64,000 nt of DNA, from the IMG/VR virus record IMGVR_UViG_3300008113_000017. One strand, written 5' to 3'. Below the pieces are notes generated by a model. The model was given only the letters and a program-made list of their open reading frames with translations, was not told the DNA's origin and did no database searches. A program made the position numbers and the translations under genes. Below are positions 38,617 to 48,454 of this stretch, piece by piece. Source of the DNA: an uncultured virus (IMG/VR IMGVR_UViG_3300008113_000017). Lineage: Duplodnaviria; Heunggongvirae; Uroviricota; Caudoviricetes. The number at the start of each line of letters is the position of its first letter. Position 1 is the first letter of the stretch.

Positions 38617-38848
38617 TTTTAGTTTTCCTTTCACTAGGGAATTTATTACTAGGTCAGTTTATAGCAACGCCCCGACATTTAGCAAATTATTAGCAAACTT
38701 TTTTTCGGCGTGTTTTGGATCATAATCAACGCCCCGGAGCTTATCGGCAGAGATCTCCCCGGCCTAAATATGATCCGCGCATCTCCGGCCGGAAATAGAT
38801 AAAGGCCGGCACCAACCGGCACCGGCCAAATCTTGAAATCTCGGCAAA

Positions 38849-39303
38849 CTATTCTTCTAGGTTTCCAAGTTCCCACTTATCGCAAAGGTCGCAACCAAAC
38901 TCACCATTAGAGTTAGGTTGTAAATCGTGGTCGTTATTCTTGAACCACTCGGCAAACTTAGAGCGCTCACTATCAGTCGTGTATTCAATACTCGCCCAAA
39001 AGTGTTCATCAATCTCGTCTTCGTCAATCACAACTAAGTTAGTGTGGTCGCCCCAGTTTCCGTCTTCGGCAAAATAAAAGTTCGGCATTACTTCTCACCC
39101 CCACTCACCCAAGTATCAATCTCGCTAAACTCTACGCACTTACAAAGTTCATCACCTTCGGCTTCGGCTTCTTCACCAAAAGGCGGAAATCCGCAAGAGC
39201 AATCTTTACCCGAGATGTAGTCGTGATACTTCTGTTCGGCTTCTTCGGGTGTATCGGCAACAACATCATACTTCTTGCCGATAAGTACTTGATAAATAGC
39301 CAT
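38849..39303 (-). CDS. Two coupled small acidic proteins (39088..39303 and 38849..39088)
   Basis: GAAAGGAAA RBS; TAATG stop/start overlap. Confidence 0.55.
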
Positions 39304-39507
39304 TAGGTTTCCTTTCGTTAGGCTCATACAAAGTCTAGCGGTTTAGGTATCTCCACGCAACAACACGCCGCAACTTATTCTTGGAGATTCACCGTTGATC
39401 ATAATCGCGCAGAGATCTCTAGCTCGCCGTAATCTTTAGCTCGCCGGCCGGTAGATACGGCAAAGGGGACATCACCTAAGTGACATCCCCACGCCGTTCA
39501 GTTCGGG

Positions 39508-39951
39508 TTAGCGATACTGCCAGAGTTCAAGTTCTTCTTCGGTTGCAAGCCTGAAGATAAACTTGCCAGTCCCCATCGGCTCATCGTGCGAGTATCTAAC
39601 GGCAGACATCTCGCCGTCTTCGTAAGTGAAGCGTAAAGTAAAGTCGCCGTTTATCGCAAGTGCCTTGATGATTGCATCCGTGTTCGTCTTAGCGATAGCG
39701 AACCCACTACGGCGTTGCCAACCCACGCCAGAGCCACCAATGTAAAGCATGTCGTCTTCAGTCCAACCTTTAGACTTGATGAACGGCTGAACAATGTCGT
39801 AGTCCAAATTGGACTTGTCGTCTTCATAGCAACCCATACACCAATCGGCAGGGACAGGGTCGCCGTCTTCGTCTAAGACTTCACTCTCGGTTTCTTCATC
39901 CCACTTGGTGCAACGGCAGTAATCAACTAACTCGTATTCAATCTTGACCAT
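39508..39951 (-). CDS. Hypothetical acidic phage protein
   Basis: RBS; C-terminal YSHDEPMG. Confidence 0.65.
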   Translation of the reverse strand: MVKIEYELVDYCRCTKWDEETESEVLDEDGDPVPADWCMGCYEDDKSNLDYDIVQPFIKSKGWTEDDMLYIGGSGVGWQRRSGFAIAKTNTDAIIKALAINGDFTLRFTYEDGEMSAVRYSHDEPMGTGKFIFRLATEEELELWQYR

Positions 39952-40568
39952 AATCTTTTCCTTTCGCTTGGTCGTGTATCCAGTATAGCGGTTTATAGTT
40001 TCAATGCAACTTTATCGGCGTGTTCAGATCGATCCGTTTAGCTCGCCGTATCGTCATCGGCATTAGTGATAATCTCGGCCAGCTTCACCATTACGGACTC
40101 AACCCATTCAGGGTCATCGGCGCGCTTCCACGCGTCATAGACTAGCCCGAAAACAAAGTCTTTTTCATCGGCAGACAGATTACTCATCTTCGGTTTCTCC
40201 AACTTGGTCGGCATAGCCATACTCAATTAGGTTTTCGTCTAACTTTCTTAGTAAAGCCAACGCCATCTTTTTTCTCTCGTCAGCGTTTTCGTGATTATCG
40301 GCAAAGGCGTAAGTTTGAGAAATAATACTCCACAGATAATCGTGTTCCTGTTTGGTTAGTTCCATAATTTTCCTTTCGGGTCGTAAGTCCATTATACAGA
40401 TTTATCAACTCGCCGCAACTCTATCCGCGTGTCGCGTGGATCGGAGCTGGCCGGAATTAGTCTTCTAACTTGGCCTGGCACTTGGAGCAATAGACTTCAT
40501 CGTCTTCCCAATAACCAGGCCGGCCACAGTGCCACCAAGAGATGTCTTGGTCGTCTTTCAACTCCCAG

Positions 40569-41516
40569 TTACTCATCAAGAGATTCCACCGTGTAGTCCC
40601 AACGCCTAAGCGTTAGGTCAAGTCCCTCGTTATCAAAGATTCTGGAAACAGCAAGCATCGCGATATGGTAGTCGTCTGCTTCAATCTCGCCATCATAATC
40701 AACGGTAGTAATAAAACTAGTCTGGTCGGTTGTTAGGGTTACGGTATAACTTGCCATGTGATTCTTCCTTTCGTTAGGCATGTATCTATTGTATCGGTTA
40801 TCGGTTATTAGTCAAGCATAGGTCGTAGTTTCGCAACGGATCTTTCGTACTCAGCTTCTGTCTCAGCTCGCCACTCCCCGAGCTCGTCACTCCAAACTAA
40901 TCCGTCATGAAATCTAGCTACCGCGGTATCGTCATCGATCTCCACCTCGCCGGTTTCAAGATCCACAGCAACAACAAAATAAAGCTTCTCACTCATCAAA
41001 CACTCTCCGTTTCATGTAGGTCGCACCAGCAACCTTCGTCATCATCAGGGTATCCAGCATGCTCGCCAACCGGTAAGCATGTTTGGTGATAAAAATTTCC
41101 TTCTTTATCTCGCACGTCGCAGTCTAAATAAATCTGCTTGTCGCACTCGTCGCACGCAAATCCCGAACACTCGGCGCAACCCCAACCGTCTTCAACCGGC
41201 AACCGGTTCACAAATCTACCGGAGCCAAACGCAGTACTCTCGCCACAATAGTAGCAAGGGTCAATAACTTTCTTCTTTCCCATTACGCACCACGCTTTCC
41301 TGCTGGATGTCTAACCATACTAATCTGTAAATCAAACTCTTTCTCGCCAACTCTCTCGTAATACTTGTAGAGAAAACCAGCGAGAACTACACGGTAAAAC
41401 TCGCCACGCTTAGACTTCGGGAATAACTTGTAAAACGCTAAGGCGAACACTAACCGTTTAGGCACGCCAACTTCGCCAAGCAAAAACTTTCTTGACTTCT
41501 TATTTAGTTTCAACAT
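40569..41516 (-). CDS. Run of small hypothetical genes (40569..40757, 40808..40999, 40996..41283 Cys-rich, 41283..41516)
   Basis: GAAAGGA RBS or coupled stops and starts; CxxC pairs in 40996..41283. Confidence 0.55.
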
Positions 41517-41659
41517 AACTAGTCCTTTCACTAGTGAATACCGTATCACTCTACCAAATACCCATGACATTTGTAAGAACACGCCGACAAAAGATCTGCC
41601 CGCGTAATCTTAGCTGGCCGGATCGTGCCGGCAGATTTCTCCACCGGCACTCGCCGAAA

Positions 41660-42166
41660 TCACCAACTACTCTGGTAATAAAAATCCCAACCATGAAGCC
41701 CACTTGTTTCAAACTTCGGGTTGTTCAAAATCCGTTCCAAGATAGCGATAGTGTCGTCAATCTGCTCGTAATACCACTCGTCATACTCGGTAGAGCCAAA
41801 GAAAAATCCACTTTCACTCGGCAACAAATCACCTGCTAGTGATTTATCAACGCTGATTTGCTGGCACAAAGTTAGTAGTTCAACTAACTTCTCTCTTTCA
41901 AAAAAGTATTTACCGCAGTCATCAACTCCCTCTTGGACATTATCAACAAACCACTTATGGATTTGATTTGCTTTACGCCAATAACCAACTTTGGCGTGTA
42001 GTTCCACGCTTGGAAAATCTTGGCAGACTTCTTCCAAACCTAAACCAACAGCACCAATAATCTCGGTAAAGGCTGGCACAGGCGTTCTTACAACCTGCTC
42101 GTTCTCTCTTGAATAATCCACGCCTGAAACATACTTTCTGGCGTATAAATACATGTCTAGTCCCAT
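41660..42166 (-). CDS. Conserved phage early protein (MGLDMY...YWRKANQIHKWF family)
   Basis: MGLDMYL, YWRKANQIHKWFV, LLP..GFFFGS.EYDEWY, YYQSSW. Confidence 0.8.
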   Translation of the reverse strand: MGLDMYLYARKYVSGVDYSRENEQVVRTPVPAFTEIIGAVGLGLEEVCQDFPSVELHAKVGYWRKANQIHKWFVDNVQEGVDDCGKYFFEREKLVELLTLCQQISVDKSLAGDLLPSESGFFFGSTEYDEWYYEQIDDTIAILERILNNPKFETSGLHGWDFYYQSSW

Positions 42167-42335
42167 TTGGATTTCCTTTCGTTAGGGATAGTAAAAGTAT
42201 AATGGTCGGCACAGACATTTCACAACATTTCACAAAAAAAGTTTCGCGTGTTTGGATCATGTTTCGCAGCTACGGTTAGCCTGGTCGAAGCTCCGGTGAG
42301 CTCCGGTCCGGCTCGCCAAGATCTCGGGATAGACA

Positions 42336-42372
42336 AATCCCCCTACAGGAAAGGAAGAAGTGTAGGGGGATT
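42336..42372 (-). terminator. Terminator hairpin with CTTCTTCCTTTCC loop
   Basis: AATCCCCCTACA / TGTAGGGGGATT arms. Confidence 0.75.
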
Positions 42373-42397
42373 CTCGTCATTCGGTTAGACCGAAAGT

Positions 42398-43069
42398 TTA
42401 TTCATCGGTCGGTTTAGCAAACTTCTCAAAGTCGGCACGCATCTCACTCTCACCGATAACTCGGTTAGGGTCGTTGGTGTCTCTCGGGCAGTCTTCATAC
42501 CACTCTTCTTCATCGTCAAAGTGGCTACACACACAACCATCTACATCGTCTTTCGCAACATAGTCAGCGTGAGAGTTCGGGATGTCCCAAGAATGAGTTT
42601 CTTCTACCTCGCCGTTCTCGCCGACATAAGTAGAACCCCACCCCTGTTCTTCTTCGCACCAGAACTCAAAGCGTAGTTCGGGGTGTTGCTCAACCATCGC
42701 ACTCATTACAGGCTCGGGGATACTCCACGCCGTATTGTAAGAGATACTAATACTTCCAGTTGTGATGTCTTCCTTGCCGATGTAGGCATCACACGCATCC
42801 CACTTAGTTCCCCAGTTGGCAACATTCCAGTTATACCAGTTCCCACTAGTATCCCCCATTGACTTTCCATCAGCGTATCCGTGAATACCAAAGTATTCAC
42901 CACTATCTACGATGTCTTGACTTGGTGATACAAAGTTCCAGAAAGAGAAGTATTCATCACTCATCTTGCCGTCTTCTTGTGGTCGTGGTTGTGTTGATTT
43001 CTTGATAAAGGTTTCAAGGTCTTCTACCTTGCCTGTAATCTTTACAGATGAATAAACCCAGTTTGGCAT
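42398..43069 (-). CDS. DUF1281/YubB ferredoxin-like domain protein
   Basis: MPNW...NWYNWNVANWGTKW...YNTAWSIP. Confidence 0.8.
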   Translation of the reverse strand: MPNWVYSSVKITGKVEDLETFIKKSTQPRPQEDGKMSDEYFSFWNFVSPSQDIVDSGEYFGIHGYADGKSMGDTSGNWYNWNVANWGTKWDACDAYIGKEDITTGSISISYNTAWSIPEPVMSAMVEQHPELRFEFWCEEEQGWGSTYVGENGEVEETHSWDIPNSHADYVAKDDVDGCVCSHFDDEEEWYEDCPRDTNDPNRVIGESEMRADFEKFAKPTDE

Positions 43070-43443
43070 TTGATTTCCTTTCGTTAGCCGTAGTAAGAGT
43101 TTAGCGAAGTTATTATCTCAACGCAAGTTTATCGAGCTAAATTTTTACTCGCCGTCGTCGTCTTGATCAGATAGACAAGTGCAATCAGCCGGGTATCGCT
43201 CTAAACAGATCTCGCACTGAGTTCCGCAGGCCACACATAAGCAGTTCAGCTCCATCACCGGCTCCTATTCTTCTAACTTCCCACCGAGCATCGAGTAAAC
43301 AATTGAATACGCATCCATCGCGCCTTCAAGATAACTAGCAGTATCATCATCGCCTTCTTCAAGAGCAGTAAGCGATAGTTCTTCCATCTCGTCAATCCGG
43401 ATTTCACAGAACTCTTTTAGTTCTTCGGGTGTAGCAGGGAGCA

Positions 43444-43800
43444 TTACGCCCCCTGCCCGAACTCGTCAGGTCTTCCAATGAAGTTCCAAGTGATAGTGTC
43501 GTCATCTTCTTCCACCTTTTCCCACATTTCAGCAATGTTGTCGTCAATGGCGATTTGGACAAACTTGGCGAGTTCCACGCCATCAGGGTTGCCAATTTTC
43601 TTGCTAATCTCAACGCAGAGTTCAGCGAGCATAGCCATTGGTGGAGTTGATAACTTCTTGCCAGCGTGGTCGCTTAGCACAAACAGAACACTAGCAACTA
43701 GGGTAGCAAGAACTTCTGCCCCATCATCAGTATTCCTGACCAACTCAATAGGGTTGGTGAATTCATCGTTCTCGTGGTCGTGGTTCGGGTTATCGCACAT
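43444..43800 (-). CDS. Hypothetical protein
   Basis: GAAGGAAA RBS; TGTCGT-N10-CATAAT promoter. Confidence 0.6.
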   Translation of the reverse strand: MCDNPNHDHENDEFTNPIELVRNTDDGAEVLATLVASVLFVLSDHAGKKLSTPPMAMLAELCVEISKKIGNPDGVELAKFVQIAIDDNIAEMWEKVEEDDDTITWNFIGRPDEFGQGA

Positions 43801-44390
43801 AGGGTTTCCTTTCGTAGAGTGCTTACATAGCGATTATGCCACAGCCCTACGACATTTCGCAACACATTTCACGAAATTCCCATAAATAAATTTATCGTTA
43901 TAAATTCTGATCCACCGGAGTTTATCGAAGCTAATACTGTTTCCGGAAAGTTTCGATCTCCGGAAAGCCGCCTAGACATCTGACGAGTCCGTCAGAAGTT
44001 CTTACCACCCCCCGAACCTACCGGTTTCATGATTGTTCCTGGATCTCCGGAAAGCTCAGCTCAGCTTGATCCAGGATCACCCGTTCCTGGTGGCATATCT
44101 TTTAACAAGCTAGCGGTTAGCTTCGTCAGATGTTACCCCCTCACCGATACACTGCAGCTTTCTACGGTTGCAGCTACAGCACTCCGTTAGAAGTTACCTT
44201 CCCTTTCAGATCTCCGGTCCCCAGGTAACAGGCACTGACCCGTTAGCTCGTTAGCTTCTCACCAACGTCAGCGGTTAAAGATCTCTACATCTAACCTAAC
44301 CCTGACCCTGACCTAGGGCACGCGGTTATTTGATCCACGCTTAGGGCTCGCCGCTTTTTGTTTTCGAAGCTTAGGCTCGCCGATAAAAAA

Positions 44391-44450
44391 TTTCCCCACC
44401 GGGCACTTCATAAACGAAAGGAAAGGAAGTGATAGTGCCCGGTAGGGAAA
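44391..44450 (-). terminator. Long terminator hairpin with CTTCCTTTCCTTTC in the loop
   Basis: TTTCCCCACCGGGCACT / AGTGCCCGGTAGGGAAA arms. Confidence 0.75.
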
Positions 44451-44463
44451 CTTGGCGGTTAGT

Positions 44464-46314
44464 TTAGAACGAGTTTCTCTCGCCCATCTTCGATAGAACT
44501 TCGGAAGCGGTTTGTCCGATAATCTTACTTGCTTCGACAACATTGTTAGAAACTGAAATCAGTTTGGCATCAGTATTCTTCACGATGAAACTAGCACCCG
44601 CAACGGAGTTGTCGTAGCCAATCCATAGAACAGCCACGCCATTACGCTTACACTCGTCTAGCCACTCTTTCGCTTTACGACTTTCAGGGTTAGTGAAGTT
44701 TCCATCCGATACAACGACAAGCAATCTCGCCCCTGTTCCGTAAAGTAAGTTGGACATACCATCTACCGCTTGGAACGCAGTATCGAATTGCTCTGTCCAA
44801 TCACTAGCCGAATACACTTCGACTTCTTCTAGGTGTTGTCCGACAGATAGAGCAGGGAATACATCAGCACCGAAATAGACCATAGCGGTTCTCGCCTGAA
44901 CTCGCCTACCCGCTTCGGATAGAACCCAAGCGGTAGTTGCCATAGGGTTCATGGCAGAACCCATAGAACCCGAGATGTCCACCATCACGCCAATAGTCAG
45001 CGTAGGCTCGTCAGTTTGTTTTCTAGTCTTGGTTTTCCATAACTCGATTGGAGTGTGGATGCCCTTTGATTTTAGAGCCTTGCTCTGAACTAAGGCACGA
45101 CTTCTAAGTTTGCCAGCAGGAACGACTTGGTTATGAACGACAACATCTCTCTCACGATACTTCGCCTTTTCGAGCAACTTGGCAACGAGAACCGCAGACG
45201 ACCTTTCCAACGAAGTTGGTTTTCTTCTCTCGACTAATCGAGAGTTAGTGTTGCCACTTGGTTCACCATCACGCTTTTTGTTTTCGAGAATACGCTTGGC
45301 GATTTTCTTGTTTGTTTCTCTTTGTTTCGCCTGTTTCGCACTCGACCTAACTTCATCCGCCCAATTCTCGGATAACTGTTGCTCGTCAATTTCAGTTTGA
45401 CCAGATAGAGAAGTGTTGTCGGCATCTTCATTTAGAGCATCAACAAGTTTTTTGATTTTGCCCTTGCCACTTTTGCCACGACCTTTTCCAGCTTCGCCAT
45501 CTTCGCCATCTTCGCCATCTTCACTACCGCCACTTGGATAATGGCATCCACCATCGGGTTCTTGTCCAGCATCTTCGGAAAGTTTCTTCACGATACTTTC
45601 CCATCTTCTAGCCAACTCGTAAAGTGGTTCAGCGTTAGCGTGGTCAGCGTGGTTCTGAAACTCGATCCAGACTTCACGAAGTTCTGCCAACCCATCAGCA
45701 CCAATCAGTTCCATCAGAACTGAATTGACCGCAACTACATCTTCGGGTTCGAGAACGCCAGCATCAACTCTCGCAAGTGTTAGACCAGCCAAGTAAGCAC
45801 CAGCACGAACTAGCCCCATGTTTTCGAGTGCCTTATCAAGTTCGGCAAGCACGACTTCGAGAACAGAAACTCGCAGAAACGCTTTCTTATTTGGTTGAGC
45901 AATAACTCCCCACTTCTCAATTCTCGTTTCTTCGAGCAGGTGTAGCGCACCGAACTCGTTTTCATTGAGAACCTTGCTCGCATCTTCGAGTGAGTAGAGA
46001 GAGAACTTGGCGTGGCAACTTTCGTGATAGAGAGTTCCGAACCCCCTAGCGTTATCGTATTGGACATCTCTACTTCTGATGTCGCCAAGATTTTCAGGGG
46101 TAGTTCCATAACCGAAAGATTTTGGAATACATACTTCGACTTCCGAAGTATTAGGGTTGTATCGAGCAGGATTAGGTTGTTCAGTATCGGCAACGAGAAT
46201 AACTAGGTCGTTTCTATCCGACCACTCATTTACCAACTGTCCTAAGTCAGCACCTACTTTGAGCCACTCTTTCGGAGTGGTTGTTTTGATTTCTTCATTT
46301 GAGAAGTGAGCCAT
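44464..46314 (-). CDS. CobT-like VWA protein with N-terminal HExxH-type domain
   Basis: LYHESCH...LLEETRIE; MIDAS VDISGSM; LLVVVSDG. Confidence 0.85.
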   Translation of the reverse strand: MAHFSNEEIKTTTPKEWLKVGADLGQLVNEWSDRNDLVILVADTEQPNPARYNPNTSEVEVCIPKSFGYGTTPENLGDIRSRDVQYDNARGFGTLYHESCHAKFSLYSLEDASKVLNENEFGALHLLEETRIEKWGVIAQPNKKAFLRVSVLEVVLAELDKALENMGLVRAGAYLAGLTLARVDAGVLEPEDVVAVNSVLMELIGADGLAELREVWIEFQNHADHANAEPLYELARRWESIVKKLSEDAGQEPDGGCHYPSGGSEDGEDGEDGEAGKGRGKSGKGKIKKLVDALNEDADNTSLSGQTEIDEQQLSENWADEVRSSAKQAKQRETNKKIAKRILENKKRDGEPSGNTNSRLVERRKPTSLERSSAVLVAKLLEKAKYRERDVVVHNQVVPAGKLRSRALVQSKALKSKGIHTPIELWKTKTRKQTDEPTLTIGVMVDISGSMGSAMNPMATTAWVLSEAGRRVQARTAMVYFGADVFPALSVGQHLEEVEVYSASDWTEQFDTAFQAVDGMSNLLYGTGARLLVVVSDGNFTNPESRKAKEWLDECKRNGVAVLWIGYDNSVAGASFIVKNTDAKLISVSNNVVEASKIIGQTASEVLSKMGERNSF

Positions 46315-46443
46315 GATTTTTCCTTTCGTTAGGCTACTAGAAGTTTATAGATAGTTCTAAGTTTCCGCAAGTCCACCAGATCGACAACCGAGCTAATTTT
46401 CACTAGCTCGATTGCCGACTTGGTTTTCTAGGGATAGGACAAC

Positions 46444-47469
46444 CTAGATTTTGGCAGGGCGACAATCTTTTCCGAACACTCGGGTAAAGACATCAGCCAC
46501 GATTGGTCTGTCCATTTCAGGCGAGCAAGCGAGCAAGTTGGCGATTGCCCAATCAGTTCCATAAGACTTCTCAATCTCTCGGAACGCAAGCAACTCTCGG
46601 AATTGTGGCGACCAAGAAGTTTCACCTGAAAGTTGTTTCTTGGCGAGATTTTGACTTGCTGTAATTGCCAAGCGTGGAACGCCCAACTTTTTAGCAAGTT
46701 CCCAATCAGTAGTCATTTCGACTTGTAGCAAGCAACGAGATAACAAGGCTTCTGAAAGACGAACTCCGGGAGCATTAGGGTTGGTAGCACCAACGACATA
46801 GAACCCATCTTTCGCCTTTACAGTTCCCCTTTCGGGATTTTGAGTGATGGTGATTTCTTTACGACCATCCATCAACCCATAGAGAGCAGATAGAACTTTT
46901 GGATCGATTAGTCCAATCTCGTCAATGAGAAGAACTTTCCCTTGCTCGGCAGATTTTACTAACGCACCATCCACCCACTCGAAATCGCCACTTGGAGTTT
47001 GGACATAGCCACCAATGAAATCCGAAAGTTCAGTATCGCCTGAACCGAGAATTGTATAAAGTTCATCCCCGAAACTTGCTTCGACCAATGCTGTCTTTCC
47101 GCAACCCGGGCTTCCATAGAGCAACGCATAGTGTCCAAGTTTTCTACCAAGTCGTAGCACTTCGACATCAGGCATACCTGACCATTGACGAGAGTAGTAG
47201 AAATCACCATTAGGTCTTTCATACTTTTCTAATCCATCTACCATAGGGGCATCCACGACACGAACTTTCTTTGGAGTTTTAGGGGTAGCACTTCTCTTGG
47301 TGAGAGAACTTGATTTGTTAGACCACTTATCGAGAACCGCTTTTGTTTCACTTGATAATGATACTTGCTGTTTGGCATAAGCGAGTAGAGCAGTTGGAAG
47401 TCCAACTTCGAGTGATGAAAGTTTTGATAAATCTTCCATAGTTGTTGTTGATACTTTGTATGTTGGCAT
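46444..47469 (-). CDS. MoxR/CobS/CbbQ-type AAA+ ATPase
   Basis: Walker A GSPGCGKT, WVDGAL, Walker B LLIDEI, GATNP, EALLSR. Confidence 0.9.
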   Translation of the reverse strand: MPTYKVSTTTMEDLSKLSSLEVGLPTALLAYAKQQVSLSSETKAVLDKWSNKSSSLTKRSATPKTPKKVRVVDAPMVDGLEKYERPNGDFYYSRQWSGMPDVEVLRLGRKLGHYALLYGSPGCGKTALVEASFGDELYTILGSGDTELSDFIGGYVQTPSGDFEWVDGALVKSAEQGKVLLIDEIGLIDPKVLSALYGLMDGRKEITITQNPERGTVKAKDGFYVVGATNPNAPGVRLSEALLSRCLLQVEMTTDWELAKKLGVPRLAITASQNLAKKQLSGETSWSPQFRELLAFREIEKSYGTDWAIANLLACSPEMDRPIVADVFTRVFGKDCRPAKI

Positions 47470-47493
47470 TTTGATTTGTCCTATCTTTTCTAA

Positions 47494-47979
47494 TTACGCC
47501 ACGAATAATTCATCAGGGAAGCCAGCTTCTTTTCGAGTTCTAAGAACTCTACGAATTAGCCCCTGTGGAGTGTTGTATTTGCTAATGTCCATAGCATCTT
47601 GGAGTGATACTTCGAGAGTGATAACTTTGCCATCTCTAATCTTCCAATCTCTCTCAATCATGTAAGCAAGTTGAGTTTGGATCGGGGCGAGAACTTCTGA
47701 TGCTAATTGCTGTTTTACATCAGAAGATAGTGTCGTATCGAACTCGTGATTAGTTCCGACAAGTTTGGTATCAGCCACACTTGTCGAAATGTGGTTCATC
47801 TGCCATTGCGCTCTTGGCGACCAATTATTTACAGTTCGCCTAAGCATGGTGTTAGGAACTCTCTTACCATCCACGATTGCTGATGGAGTGAGAAGAACCT
47901 GTGCTGTTTCTTTTCCATTAGTAGATACGAACTCTAAATAGAGAGCCTGACCTACTAACTGACTTTGTGTTTCTTCCAT
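47494..47979 (-). CDS. Hypothetical protein, first gene of the AAA operon
   Basis: GAAAGG RBS; close spacing to the ATPase gene. Confidence 0.7.
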   Translation of the reverse strand: MEETQSQLVGQALYLEFVSTNGKETAQVLLTPSAIVDGKRVPNTMLRRTVNNWSPRAQWQMNHISTSVADTKLVGTNHEFDTTLSSDVKQQLASEVLAPIQTQLAYMIERDWKIRDGKVITLEVSLQDAMDISKYNTPQGLIRRVLRTRKEAGFPDELFVA

Positions 47980-48112
47980 TGGATAACCTTTCGTTGTAAG
48001 TTGGAAGTTGTTATTACCTAATCAACCTTAGCGATTTTTCGTTGGAAGTCAAGTTAGATTTATATAATTCTCAAATATTTTTTCCGGATCTTCTGTTGGC
48101 CTAGATCGATAA

Positions 48113-48454
48113 ATGAACTACTATAGAACTATGTGTTACGCGTGCAGTGATTATGTATATGAAGAAGCTTGTCCTGATGAGTTTCCGGGATGTCAAGGTG
48201 AATGCAGTGGCTTTAGCTGTATGGATTGCTCCGGAAATACTTTGCATCTGAACGAGTTCTATATGGTCCACGACCACGTGTGGGATTCAGTAATCTCCAA
48301 GGCCGAAACAAGGGGAATGATTTGTATTGGTTGCCTTGAGCTTCGACTAGGTCGTCTATTGAATGCAGCAGACTTTACTGATGCCCCAGTCAACAGTGGG
48401 TTCGTTGAGCGATCCCCCAGGCTAATCGACAGAATGACGAGCGAAGATAACTAG
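48113..48454 (+). CDS. Cys-rich hypothetical protein
   Basis: CMDC...YMVHDHVW...CIGCLELRLGRLL. Confidence 0.7.
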   Translation: MNYYRTMCYACSDYVYEEACPDEFPGCQGECSGFSCMDCSGNTLHLNEFYMVHDHVWDSVISKAETRGMICIGCLELRLGRLLNAADFTDAPVNSGFVERSPRLIDRMTSEDN

